Assembly (NCBI GenBank): GCA_021161785.1
Contig: JAGGZX010000085.1
Coordinates: 1 to 49,259 of the forward strand
Direction of reading: 5' to 3'
DNA: 49,259 bases
Origin: Candidatus Woesearchaeota archaeon
GTDB lineage: Archaea > Nanobdellota > Nanobdellia > Woesearchaeales > JAGGZC01
Below are positions 1 to 8,213 of this stretch, piece after piece (positions within the stretch are counted from its first letter, which is position 1; every line of letters starts with the position of its first letter). Both the position numbers and the translations under genes were made by a program. The notes beneath the pieces were generated by a model that was given only the letters and a program-made list of their open reading frames with translations, did not search any database and was not told the DNA's origin.

Positions 1-129
1 ATTTAAAACTACTGTGCAGTTTTAACAAAACTTTTTAAAATATAAAAATATTTTAAGACAATATTTAAAAAAGGTTAACAACACACCATTGAAAAAGCAT
101 TTAAAAAAGGGGTGAGTTGAAGGGGGATT

Positions 130-1812
130 ATGGGTTTGTTCTCTGTTTTTAAGAAAAAGCATGGCAAGGAAAAACAAGTTCTCCCAGGGTTAGAGAGCAC
201 GATTCATGAAGAAACGCCTTTGCTTAACCAAGACTTGTTCAAGGAGAGTTCTCCAGAGTTAGAAATTCCTGAGCCTGAAGAAAAACCTTCAAAGCCAGTG
301 CAACCATTGCATGATGAGTTAGAAGAACTAAAAACTATTGAACAGCAATGGCGTGAAACATTAAAGCCTATTCAAAATCAAGAAGAAAAACCTATTGCAA
401 AGCAAGAGCAAGAAGTGACGAAACCTGAACAACAAGCATTTAAAAGTCAAGGAAAAGTTGAAGAAGAATTAAATTTAGGAGTTCCAAAAAAGCAGATAGT
501 TAAACCTCAGGAAAGTGAAGAACAGGTTCAACAAGAAATTCAAGAATTAGTAGGTTTAACAAGTAAGAAACATGTCAAGCAAGGAAAGCAAGTAAAGGTT
601 AAAACTGTTAAGAAGTCAAGCATTGCTAGGGAGAAACCTAAAATAATTAGAACAACAAAGGCAAAGCTTGCAAAGCATGAAAAACTGAGCGTTGTTTTAA
701 ACCCTGAAGTTTTGAAAGCCTTAAAACTAGTGAAGCAAGAGCAAGATCAAGCCTTGTCATTGATTAAAGACTTAAAAAACGCTTTGCAAACCTCTAGAAA
801 GCAGTTGAAAAGGAAGGGCAAGGTTAGCAAGAAAGTTTTAAACCTGAAAGAAAAAGTTTTGAAAGCTTTAAACAATGCTGATAAGGATTTGAAAGCAGTA
901 ATCACTGGTTTGTCAAAGTTGAAACTGAATGCAAAGCAATGCAAGGGTTTGAACCAGTTAAAAGCTTTGATTTCAAAAATTGCTAGGGATCAAGAGTTAA
1001 TCGTTAAGCACGTGAAGGATTATTCTAGAACATTGTTAAAGTTAGAGCTTGAAAACCTGTTCAAGGCTTATGAAGCTAGGTGGAAGCAATTGCTAGAGCG
1101 AGAAAAGAAGGATTTGCAACAAAAAACGTTGGAATTGCAAACGTTAGAGCAAGAATTAAGCCAGAAAGAGTTAAGCATTGACAAGAAGTTAAGCCTTGTA
1201 GAGGAAAAACTATCTGTTTTGAAGAGTAAAGAGAAAGCAATAAAGCATAGAGAGCAAGAATTGCAGAGAGAGCTTCAAGAACTAGCTGACAGGGAGAAAG
1301 CGCTTGAAGAGTTAGAAGTGAAAGTTGAAGCAGCTATTGAAAAGCTTGTGAAGCAAGAAGAAACAACGCGGCAGTTGTTAATGCAAGTTGAAAGCTTAGA
1401 AGCAACGAATGCTTTGGAAAAAACTGAGCAGTTGTCAGAAACAATTGCAAGTAAAACAAATTTGCAACCAGAAACTGTTAGTAAAAGCGCTAGCGCAACG
1501 CCAAGCTCTGTCATAACAATTGACACGTCAGAAGAAGAAAAGATTAACAGCTTGATACAAGCAAAAAGCAAGGCAAGCAATGCTAAACCTAAACCTGTAA
1601 AGAAAAACAAGAAGTTAACAATTCCAGACTACAAGCAAAAGCTTAAAGAACTGAAAAAACAAGTGCAGGAAGATCCAGAAACAGTTGTTGAAGAGCTGAA
1701 ACAATTGCAAGAAAGCATTGAGAAGCAAGCAATGACTAGTAAGGAGAAGCAATTGTTAAAGCAAGAACTGCACGAGCTTTACATTGAAGCAAGGTTGAAA
1801 ATGCTTGAATAA
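130..1812 (+). CDS. K/E/Q-rich coiled-coil protein, function unknown
   Basis: 560-aa ORF with no TM segment and no catalytic motif. N-terminus MGLFSVFKKK, then a Pro/Glu-rich linker, a very basic Lys-rich middle (LKALK-type repeats) and long heptad-like stretches (ELQTLEQELSQKELSIDKKLSLVEEKLSVLKSKEK). Purine-rich SD-like GGGGTGA..GGGGGA lies upstream of ATG 130. Confidence 0.6.
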   Translation: MGLFSVFKKKHGKEKQVLPGLESTIHEETPLLNQDLFKESSPELEIPEPEEKPSKPVQPLHDELEELKTIEQQWRETLKPIQNQEEKPIAKQEQEVTKPEQQAFKSQGKVEEELNLGVPKKQIVKPQESEEQVQQEIQELVGLTSKKHVKQGKQVKVKTVKKSSIAREKPKIIRTTKAKLAKHEKLSVVLNPEVLKALKLVKQEQDQALSLIKDLKNALQTSRKQLKRKGKVSKKVLNLKEKVLKALNNADKDLKAVITGLSKLKLNAKQCKGLNQLKALISKIARDQELIVKHVKDYSRTLLKLELENLFKAYEARWKQLLEREKKDLQQKTLELQTLEQELSQKELSIDKKLSLVEEKLSVLKSKEKAIKHREQELQRELQELADREKALEELEVKVEAAIEKLVKQEETTRQLLMQVESLEATNALEKTEQLSETIASKTNLQPETVSKSASATPSSVITIDTSEEEKINSLIQAKSKASNAKPKPVKKNKKLTIPDYKQKLKELKKQVQEDPETVVEELKQLQESIEKQAMTSKEKQLLKQELHELYIEARLKMLE

Positions 1813-1816
1813 AGAA

Positions 1817-2875
1817 TTATTTTCCATCAACAATGACAAGGTTTTCTTTTTCATTAACAACCACTTTGCGATCAGAAAATTTTTCTAAAACAAAAGCGTT
1901 TGAAAGCAAGTGCTTAGTAATGCTAGAGGTTTTAAACCTTGCTTTAGAGAAAGCAAGGAATGGCAATAGTTGATCTGCAAAGAATTTGTCAACAACGCCT
2001 TTTGATTCTTGCAAGAATTGCTTAGCAGCTTCTAAGCCAACAAGTTCTGAACGCTTACCTTTTGCTCCTAAGCTAGAGCCTGAAATTGTTGGGAAAGCAA
2101 AGTTTTTTCTAAAGCCTAAAATGCAAATTCCAGAACCAGTGCTTAATCCTTGACTGTAAGAAGTGAAGAATTTAACACTTGCTTCAGGGAACGCTTTGCC
2201 TAAAAACTGCTTTGCAGCGCTTGCTTGGCGTTCAGCAACCCTAGCTTTTTTTAAATCCATAGAAGCATGGCTAAACCCCACAATTCTCGTTACAGGTTCA
2301 AGCTTTGTAAAGTTTAAATTTAAATTGAAAGCTTGTCGCAAGCTTTTAAACTTTAAAACCACAAAGCCATGACCTTTCGGGTAGTAACCCCTGGTTTTTA
2401 TCAAAACTTCTGCTTTGCAAACATTGAATTGTTTTAAAAAACCTAAAATTACATGTTCATAAAAATTTATTGGAGGCGCCATAGGCACATCAGTTCCTCC
2501 TTTCAAAGTTATGGAGAACTCGCCTTGAGAAAACGCTAGAGCAGGCGTTAACGCTTGCAAAACCAGAACAACACTTCCAGCTGTTGGAATGTTCACATGC
2601 AAAGAAGCTTTTTTACCATGGTAAAGGTTAAAGCTTGAACTTGCGGGTTTAAAAACAAGTTCCTCACTACCAATAAAACCTCCTTCAACTTCTGCTCTAA
2701 CAAGCTTTGCAACAGCTAGCAATGCTTGCAAGTGCTGTTGTTGCAACCCAGGATTCTCCCTCTTGCAACGAATCTTAACCATCTTGAAAGGCTTACCAGT
2801 CAAAGCGCTTAAAGCCAAAGCAGTTCTTAACAAGCCGCCACCACCCTCTCCGTGAGAACCGTCAAGGAAGATCAT
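1817..2875 (-). CDS. rtcA: RNA 3'-terminal phosphate cyclase
   Basis: N-terminus MIFLDGSHGEGGGGLLRTALALSALTGKPFKMVKIR...PGLQQQHL matches the RtcA family signature, and the 352-aa length is typical. A TATA-like box lies about 27 nt upstream of the ATG. Confidence 0.85.
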   Translation of the reverse strand: MIFLDGSHGEGGGGLLRTALALSALTGKPFKMVKIRCKRENPGLQQQHLQALLAVAKLVRAEVEGGFIGSEELVFKPASSSFNLYHGKKASLHVNIPTAGSVVLVLQALTPALAFSQGEFSITLKGGTDVPMAPPINFYEHVILGFLKQFNVCKAEVLIKTRGYYPKGHGFVVLKFKSLRQAFNLNLNFTKLEPVTRIVGFSHASMDLKKARVAERQASAAKQFLGKAFPEASVKFFTSYSQGLSTGSGICILGFRKNFAFPTISGSSLGAKGKRSELVGLEAAKQFLQESKGVVDKFFADQLLPFLAFSKARFKTSSITKHLLSNAFVLEKFSDRKVVVNEKENLVIVDGK

Positions 2876-2896
2876 AAAAGAAAAGGTTGACTAGAA

Positions 2897-2907
2897 TGTT
2901 TAAAAAG
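2897..2907 (-). promoter_or_regulatory. TATA-box candidate for rtcA (leaderless geometry)
   Basis: The minus strand reads CCTTTTTAAAC, centred about 27 nt upstream of ATG 2875, and no SD lies in between. Confidence 0.45.
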
Positions 2908-2971
2908 GTTTACGAATTAGAAAACCAAGAAATTAAAAAGCGATTAAATCAAAAAGGGATGTTGAAACGCT

Positions 2972-3670
2972 TTATTCTTTTAAATGTTTTTCCATATACT
3001 TAGTATACTGATTTATCGTTTCATCTATTTTCTTACCTAACTCTATAAATTCGTCAGCTAAAAATTTGTTTTTAGCCTTGATAGCGTCCCTTGCAGCGAT
3101 ACGCGCTCCTAAGTGCATGTAATGAAATAGTTTTAGACGTAGATTGTACAAGTCCTCTCTAGAAGTGCCAGTACGATTCTTTAATGGATCAGGCACGTAA
3201 TCAGACCTATCCATAGTCACGAATGAGCTCTCATGAGCATAATGATTAAAGTACATAAAAGCATGTCCTAAAAGTGCAAGTGCTTCACTAAGTTTTCCTT
3301 TATGTAAAAGGTGATAGAAGCCAAATAAGGTTTTTATAGCAGAATCTTCGCCAAAACTGGCGGTACCTTTCATTATATGCTCAGGGTTGTAAAAAGTGGG
3401 GTCTACAAAAACTGTGTAGCTGCCATGTTTACTATAATAAGTAATCTCTTTAAGATCACCTATATCTTCATGGTTATCCTTAGAAATAATTCTAAAACCA
3501 TCACTAGCTTCTTTTGCTACTTTTCTAAAGTATTCTGTTAATTCTGGTCCTAGGCCAGCAGATTTATTGTCTAGTTCTCTTAATTCTTTTTCAAGTTCTT
3601 CAAGGGTTGGCAATTTTTTGTCTTCAGCCTCGGTTTCATCTGCAAGTTTTGTGTCTTTCTTATCTGACAT
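2972..3670 (-). CDS. hypothetical His-rich protein
   Basis: 232-aa ORF with SD GGAGGTGGG 4-5 nt upstream of ATG 3670. Acidic coiled N-terminus, then a helical core with His clusters (HLLHKG, GHAFMYFNHYAHE, FHYMHLG). I do not recognise a family. Confidence 0.6.
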   Translation of the reverse strand: MSDKKDTKLADETEAEDKKLPTLEELEKELRELDNKSAGLGPELTEYFRKVAKEASDGFRIISKDNHEDIGDLKEITYYSKHGSYTVFVDPTFYNPEHIMKGTASFGEDSAIKTLFGFYHLLHKGKLSEALALLGHAFMYFNHYAHESSFVTMDRSDYVPDPLKNRTGTSREDLYNLRLKLFHYMHLGARIAARDAIKAKNKFLADEFIELGKKIDETINQYTKYMEKHLKE

Positions 3671-3810
3671 GTTCCCACCTCCTAGTTTTTTACTAATCCT
3701 TTAAAAAAAGCTTTTAAAAAGTTTTCGCTTGTTTTGAAAGCTGTCCAAAATATTTATAAACAAGATTTGTTTCCACTTGAAATCAAGGTTCCTTGCTTGT
3801 TGCAAAGAAC

Positions 3811-3819
3811 ATTTAAAAA
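3811..3819 (+). promoter_or_regulatory. TATA-box candidate for the thermosome gene
   Basis: ATTTAAAAA lies about 80 nt upstream of ATG 3894. This implies a roughly 50-nt leader that carries the SD GGAGGTGAT at 3882..3890. Confidence 0.4.
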
Positions 3820-3893
3820 GCTATGTCTCAAGCAAGTGCCTAAAGATCTAGCATTGAAATCTAGGCGAAAACACTAAAAATGGAGGTGATAGT

Positions 3894-5531
3894 ATGAACG
3901 GGCAGCAACCTGTGCAGCCAATCTTTATTCTAGCAGAAGATGCGAAACGCACACAAGGTAAAGACGCGCAAAGATTGAACATTACAGCAGCCAAGGCAGT
4001 TGCTGAAGCTGTGAGGACAACCCTAGGGCCTAAAGGCATGGATAAAATGCTGGTTGACAGCATTGGAGACATTACAGTAACGAATGACGGAGTAACAATC
4101 CTTGAGGAAATGGACATCCAACACCCTGCTGCAAAGATGATAGTGGAAGTTGCTAAAACGCAAGAAAACGAGATTGGTGACGGGACAACAACAGCTGTTG
4201 TTCTAGCTGGAGAGTTGTTGAAAAAAGCTGAGGAATTACTAGACATGGAAGTGCATCCAACAGTGATTGCTAGAGGTTACAGAAAAGCTGCAGAGGAAGC
4301 TAAAAAGGTTTTGGAAAGCATTGCGAAAGACATCACCATTAAAGACGAGGAATTGTTAAAAAACGTTGCAATGACAGCAATGACTGGTAAAGGCGCTGAA
4401 GCTGCTAAAGAAGTGCTTGCAAAGCTTGTTGTGAAAGCAATACTACAGGTTGGCGAGTTGAAAGACGGCAAGTTTATATTTAATAAAGATGACATAAAGA
4501 TTGAGAAAAAAGTGGGTAACAGCATTGAAGACACAGAGCTAATAGAAGGCATTGTCTTGGACAAAGAAAGAGTGCACCCAGCAATGCCTAGAAGCATTGA
4601 AAACGCAAAGATAGCGCTCATTGACTCAGCTTTAGAAATCAAAAGCACTGAGATAGACGCTAAGATTAACATCACAGACCCTGAAAAGCTTCAAGGATTC
4701 CTAGCAATGGAAGAGAAAATGCTTCGCGACATGGTTGAAAAAATTGCAAAAACAGGTGCAAACGTTGTTTTCTGCCAGAAAGGCATTGACGACATGGCTC
4801 AACACTTCTTGAGCAAGAAAGGCATCTTCGCTGTTAGAAGAGTTGCTAAAAGCGACATGGAAAAACTTGCAAGAGCAACAGGTGGCAACATAATAACAAA
4901 CCTTGACGACCTAACATCTAAAGATTTAGGCAGTGCAAAACTCGTTGAAGAAGTGAAAGTTGGCGATGAAGGCATGATCTTTGTTAGGGGTTGCAAGAAC
5001 GCTAAGAGCGTTACAATACTTGTTCGCGGAGGTTCTGAACACGTTGTTGATGAAGTGAAGAGAGCTTTAGAAGATGCAATTGGTGACTGCGTTTCAGCTA
5101 TAAAGTCTGGCAAGATCGTTGGCGGAGCAGGAGCTACAGAGATTGAGATAGCTTTAAAGCTTAACAAGTATGCTGAAAGCTTGAGCGGTCGCGAACAATT
5201 AGCTGTTAAAGCGTTTGCAGAAGCAATGGAGATCATTCCAAGAACGCTAGCAGAGAACGCAGGCCTAGACCCTATAGACGTGATAACAGACTTGAAAGCA
5301 GCTCACGACAGTGGCAAGGTATGGGCAGGTATTAATGTGTTTAACGGGCAAATCATTGACGCTTTGAAAGAAGGCGTTTTAGAACCTTTAAAGATCAAAA
5401 CGCAAGCAATAAGCTCTGCCACAGAAGTTGCAGCAATGATCTTGAGAATTGATGATGTAATTATGAGTGGTGGTAAGAAAGAAGACACTGGAAGCAAGTT
5501 CGGAGGCGGCAATTACGGCGGAGAGTACTAG
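3894..5531 (+). CDS. ths: thermosome subunit (group II chaperonin, Cpn60/TCP-1 family)
   Basis: Carries the hallmark motifs [18 protein letters not shown] and GDGTTT. 545 aa, with a strong SD. Confidence 0.95.
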   Translation: MNGQQPVQPIFILAEDAKRTQGKDAQRLNITAAKAVAEAVRTTLGPKGMDKMLVDSIGDITVTNDGVTILEEMDIQHPAAKMIVEVAKTQENEIGDGTTTAVVLAGELLKKAEELLDMEVHPTVIARGYRKAAEEAKKVLESIAKDITIKDEELLKNVAMTAMTGKGAEAAKEVLAKLVVKAILQVGELKDGKFIFNKDDIKIEKKVGNSIEDTELIEGIVLDKERVHPAMPRSIENAKIALIDSALEIKSTEIDAKINITDPEKLQGFLAMEEKMLRDMVEKIAKTGANVVFCQKGIDDMAQHFLSKKGIFAVRRVAKSDMEKLARATGGNIITNLDDLTSKDLGSAKLVEEVKVGDEGMIFVRGCKNAKSVTILVRGGSEHVVDEVKRALEDAIGDCVSAIKSGKIVGGAGATEIEIALKLNKYAESLSGREQLAVKAFAEAMEIIPRTLAENAGLDPIDVITDLKAAHDSGKVWAGINVFNGQIIDALKEGVLEPLKIKTQAISSATEVAAMILRIDDVIMSGGKKEDTGSKFGGGNYGGEY

Positions 5532-5548
5532 AAAGCTAAAATTTTAAA

Positions 5549-5556
5549 TTTTTTTT
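5549..5556 (+). terminator. oligo-T terminator candidate after the thermosome gene
   Basis: A T8 run sits 18 nt after the TAG stop. Archaeal intrinsic terminators are oligo-T tracts. Confidence 0.4.
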
Positions 5557-5559
5557 ATT

Positions 5560-6984
5560 TTATCCCTCTTCATCTCTAAGCTTTTCAACCTGCCAAGAAT
5601 CACCTTTTTTGAAAACCTTGTAAGTGCCTTTAGCATTTTCTAAAATAGTTTTGCCGTTAACCTTGACAGTTACAGGCATTCTAAAACCAGATTCAACTAT
5701 GTAAAAACCTTCATGAATCCGTATAACAGGGCCATAAACTTCAACATCATCTTCTAAACCAATAACTGCGTGGATATAGTCACCATTTTTTGAATCAATA
5801 ACTGCGTAGATATAACCGCTATCATATCCCTCAATCTCCCAGTAACTTCCTCGGTTGTAAACCACATATCGTCCATCACTGCCCTCTAAAACAAACTTGT
5901 TGTTAATAATCACTCTGGCAGGAATCTTACGATCTTCAGAAGCCTTAACTAAGTACCAATATTCCTCCTTCTCAACATAGTAACCAGTTGCAAGGATTTT
6001 TTCATTAAGATCAAGCAGCAAGTATTCGCCAGGCTTTTCAGTTTTTGCCAGCTCTATAGTTTTAGAACTAACACCATCCCAAAGCCTTATAACACCAGGA
6101 AAATCTTTAGAAGCCTGGATCACGTAAGCACCTTTATTCCGCATAGCCGACAAGCCTGTTGCAATAATTTTTTTATTAAAGTCAAACAATAACCGTTCGT
6201 TAGGATGTTTGAGTTTTATAATTTCTACAGGTTTAGAACCAAGGCCTTTCCAAAGTTTAACACTGCCAAGAATCTTACCATTACTATTCATAGAAGGCTC
6301 AACAGTGTAAACACTGCCTCCCTTCCAAACATATTCGCCGGTTACAATAATCCTTGTATCAATATCAAACAATAATTCTTCACCAGGAGTAGTGACTTTT
6401 GCAAGCTCTTCACCCTCAAAGCCATGACCCTCCCAAAGCATTACAACCCCTGGAAAATTTTTAGAAGCCTCAACCTTGTAAGCACCTTCCTTCTTTTCAG
6501 GATTCCGGCCTTTTGCAATAATTTTTTTATCAAGGTCATATAACACATACCTACCAGTTTTAAACCCATACCTAACAACTGTAGGCTTTTCCTCGTCACC
6601 AACTTTTTTCTTTTCTAAAACTTCTTCCTCGCTAACAACTTCTCTTTCAATAGCTTCCCTTGTTGCGTCTTCAACTTCTTCAAACACATATCCATGCCCT
6701 AATGAAAAATCACCCTCCAAAACATAACCATTACCCGTTTTTCTCAAAACGCCATCATAAACTTTTACACCTTTAGAACCGTTAAGAAACTCAATAAAAC
6801 CCTTAAAACTATAAACACCATCTCCTAAAGCTTTAAAATAATCATCCTCATAAACAAATTTTAAAACAAGGCCTTCTTTAGGCAAAAACAAAGTTTTAGA
6901 ACGCGAATTTTGTTTTAACGCTTTCTCAACATTTTCACGCAAATCACTGCTCTTGCTTTCGCTTTTTTCAATTTTTCCAGCCAT
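5560..6984 (-). CDS. cytoplasmic tandem-repeat (beta-rich) protein, function unknown
   Basis: 474-aa ORF with no signal peptide or TM segment. It has four clear units of about 57 aa (aa ~144-370) plus degenerate flanking units. Its ATG (6984..6982) overlaps the TAA stop of the upstream DUF763 gene by 1 nt (TAATG). Confidence 0.7.
   Translation of the reverse strand: MAGKIEKSESKSSDLRENVEKALKQNSRSKTLFLPKEGLVLKFVYEDDYFKALGDGVYSFKGFIEFLNGSKGVKVYDGVLRKTGNGYVLEGDFSLGHGYVFEEVEDATREAIEREVVSEEEVLEKKKVGDEEKPTVVRYGFKTGRYVLYDLDKKIIAKGRNPEKKEGAYKVEASKNFPGVVMLWEGHGFEGEELAKVTTPGEELLFDIDTRIIVTGEYVWKGGSVYTVEPSMNSNGKILGSVKLWKGLGSKPVEIIKLKHPNERLLFDFNKKIIATGLSAMRNKGAYVIQASKDFPGVIRLWDGVSSKTIELAKTEKPGEYLLLDLNEKILATGYYVEKEEYWYLVKASEDRKIPARVIINNKFVLEGSDGRYVVYNRGSYWEIEGYDSGYIYAVIDSKNGDYIHAVIGLEDDVEVYGPVIRIHEGFYIVESGFRMPVTVKVNGKTILENAKGTYKVFKKGDSWQVEKLRDEEG
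5875..6555 (-). repeat. 4 x ~57-aa in-frame tandem coding repeats
   Basis: Units: GRYVLYDLDKKIIAKGRNPEKKEGAYKVEASKNFPGVVMLWEG / GEELLFDIDTRIIVTGEYVWKGGSVYTVEP..VKLWKG / NERLLFDFNKKIIATGLSAMRNKGAYVIQASKDFPGVIRLWDG / GEYLLLDLNEKILATGYYVEKEEYWYLVKAS. The 16-nt string gcaataatttttttat recurs at 6161 and 6515. Confidence 0.85.
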
Positions 6985-8141
6985 TAAACAGTTTTTGTTT
7001 TTGCAAGTATAAAAAGTTTTTGCAATGCGAAAAGTTTTTCTTTATCGCCGAGCTTAGCGTTTTTAACAGCTGTCGTGAACATTTCAATTGTTGAATCATA
7101 AACAGTTTTATCAACTGGGAAAGGCCAGCCATCTTTACCGCCGTGAGCAAAGCTGTACTTTGCAGGATCTTTCCAAGAAGCTTTAACGCCAAACACTAAC
7201 TCAGAAGTTAATGCTAAAGCTCTAAACGTTTTCAAGCCAACGCCTTTAATGTTGAGTAGTTCTTCAAAACTGTTCGGCTGTAGTTCATAGCAAGTTTTTA
7301 AAGATTTCAACAATTGCTTTGATTCTGGCTTTAGATCTGTAAATGTTAAAGAGTGTTTTCTAGGCATCACGAGCGTTTTTAAATGTTTAAAACTTGCAGT
7401 GCCTGGTTTTTGAGTGAAATCTAGCAAGCATGATTGCTTGCAATGCGTTCTTAAAACTTTTAAAGGGTTCTCCCTGCACAAGTCAAGTATTGCTTTCCTA
7501 ACGTCACTGCTTTGCTTAGATGTTAAGTCTAGAGTGTTTTCAATAAAAGCTTCTGAGATGATGCCTGCTTTTTCGTGAGGTTCTAAAACAATGTTTGCTG
7601 TGTGGATCCAATGGTAACGCCTAGCAATTTTTAACTCAGGGTTCAAGCCTTGCTGGATCACAACCCATCTTGCAGAACTATCAATGATGAACGCATGATG
7701 GTATAGTGAAAAACTGTCTTGTATCAAAGCATTGTCAACTTTTGCAACAATCCTGCTCTTGTTAACAAATCTCTCAGCCTTTGGAATGTTGAATTCTTCG
7801 CAAATCTTGATTAATTCTTCAGGCGTTTTCAAAGCAGTTGGAGATTTTCCACCTGCAACTCTTATTGGTATGTCAGAACCTTGAAGTGCTTGTTTTAAAG
7901 CACCAATGGTTGTGGTTGTTAAGCCGCTTGAATGCCAGTCAAAACCTAGCAAGCAACCAAATGCTTGGAACCAGTAAGGATCTGCCAGCCTGTACACCAA
8001 TGTTTTCTCATCATAATTCAAAACTATTGCTTCAGCTATTGCTCTAGCTAGTTTTTTCATGCGGTTGAACAACCATTTAGGAGCTTTGCCTTGGTGCAAT
8101 GGCAGTATTGCTAGTCCTGAACGCTTGACATGTGCAGGCAT
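6984..8141 (-). CDS. DUF763 (COG1415) family protein
   Basis: The N-terminal block LPLHQGKAPKWLFNRMKKLARAIAEAIV...DPYWFQAFGCLLGFDWHSSGLTTT matches my recollection of the conserved DUF763 core. A C-terminal HhH-like segment reads LLNIKGVGLKTFRALALTSELVFG. 385 aa. Confidence 0.65.
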   Translation of the reverse strand: MPAHVKRSGLAILPLHQGKAPKWLFNRMKKLARAIAEAIVLNYDEKTLVYRLADPYWFQAFGCLLGFDWHSSGLTTTTIGALKQALQGSDIPIRVAGGKSPTALKTPEELIKICEEFNIPKAERFVNKSRIVAKVDNALIQDSFSLYHHAFIIDSSARWVVIQQGLNPELKIARRYHWIHTANIVLEPHEKAGIISEAFIENTLDLTSKQSSDVRKAILDLCRENPLKVLRTHCKQSCLLDFTQKPGTASFKHLKTLVMPRKHSLTFTDLKPESKQLLKSLKTCYELQPNSFEELLNIKGVGLKTFRALALTSELVFGVKASWKDPAKYSFAHGGKDGWPFPVDKTVYDSTIEMFTTAVKNAKLGDKEKLFALQKLFILAKTKTV

Positions 8142-8163
8142 TTAAGAAAAGAATTTAAAAAAC

Positions 8164-8176
8164 GTTTTTAAAAAGC
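8164..8176 (-). promoter_or_regulatory. TATA-box candidate for the DUF763/repeat-protein operon (leaderless geometry)
   Basis: The minus strand reads GCTTTTTAAAAAC, centred about 29 nt upstream of ATG 8141, with no SD. Confidence 0.45.
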
Positions 8177-8213
8177 TTACGGGTAACTGTCTAGTTTGTC
8201 TAGTGTTTAAAGC

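Noticed and set aside
1817-2875. rtcA as part of an RNA-repair operon (RtcB, archease).
   Set aside because: Neither neighbour resembles RtcB or archease. rtcA has its own leaderless promoter and is convergent with the coiled-coil gene, so it appears monocistronic.
3846-3864. Paired ATCTAG direct repeats just downstream of the predicted thermosome TSS, and paired GTCTAGT at 8189..8204 upstream of the DUF763 promoter, as operator sites.
   Set aside because: The motifs are only 6-7 nt long with different spacing (13 nt versus 9 nt), too short to distinguish from chance without comparative data.
5470-5531. The thermosome C-terminal tail [20 protein letters not shown], instead of the usual Gly-Met-rich tail, as something functionally unusual.
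   Set aside because: Group II chaperonin tails are short, flexible and highly variable between lineages, so this is not informative on its own.
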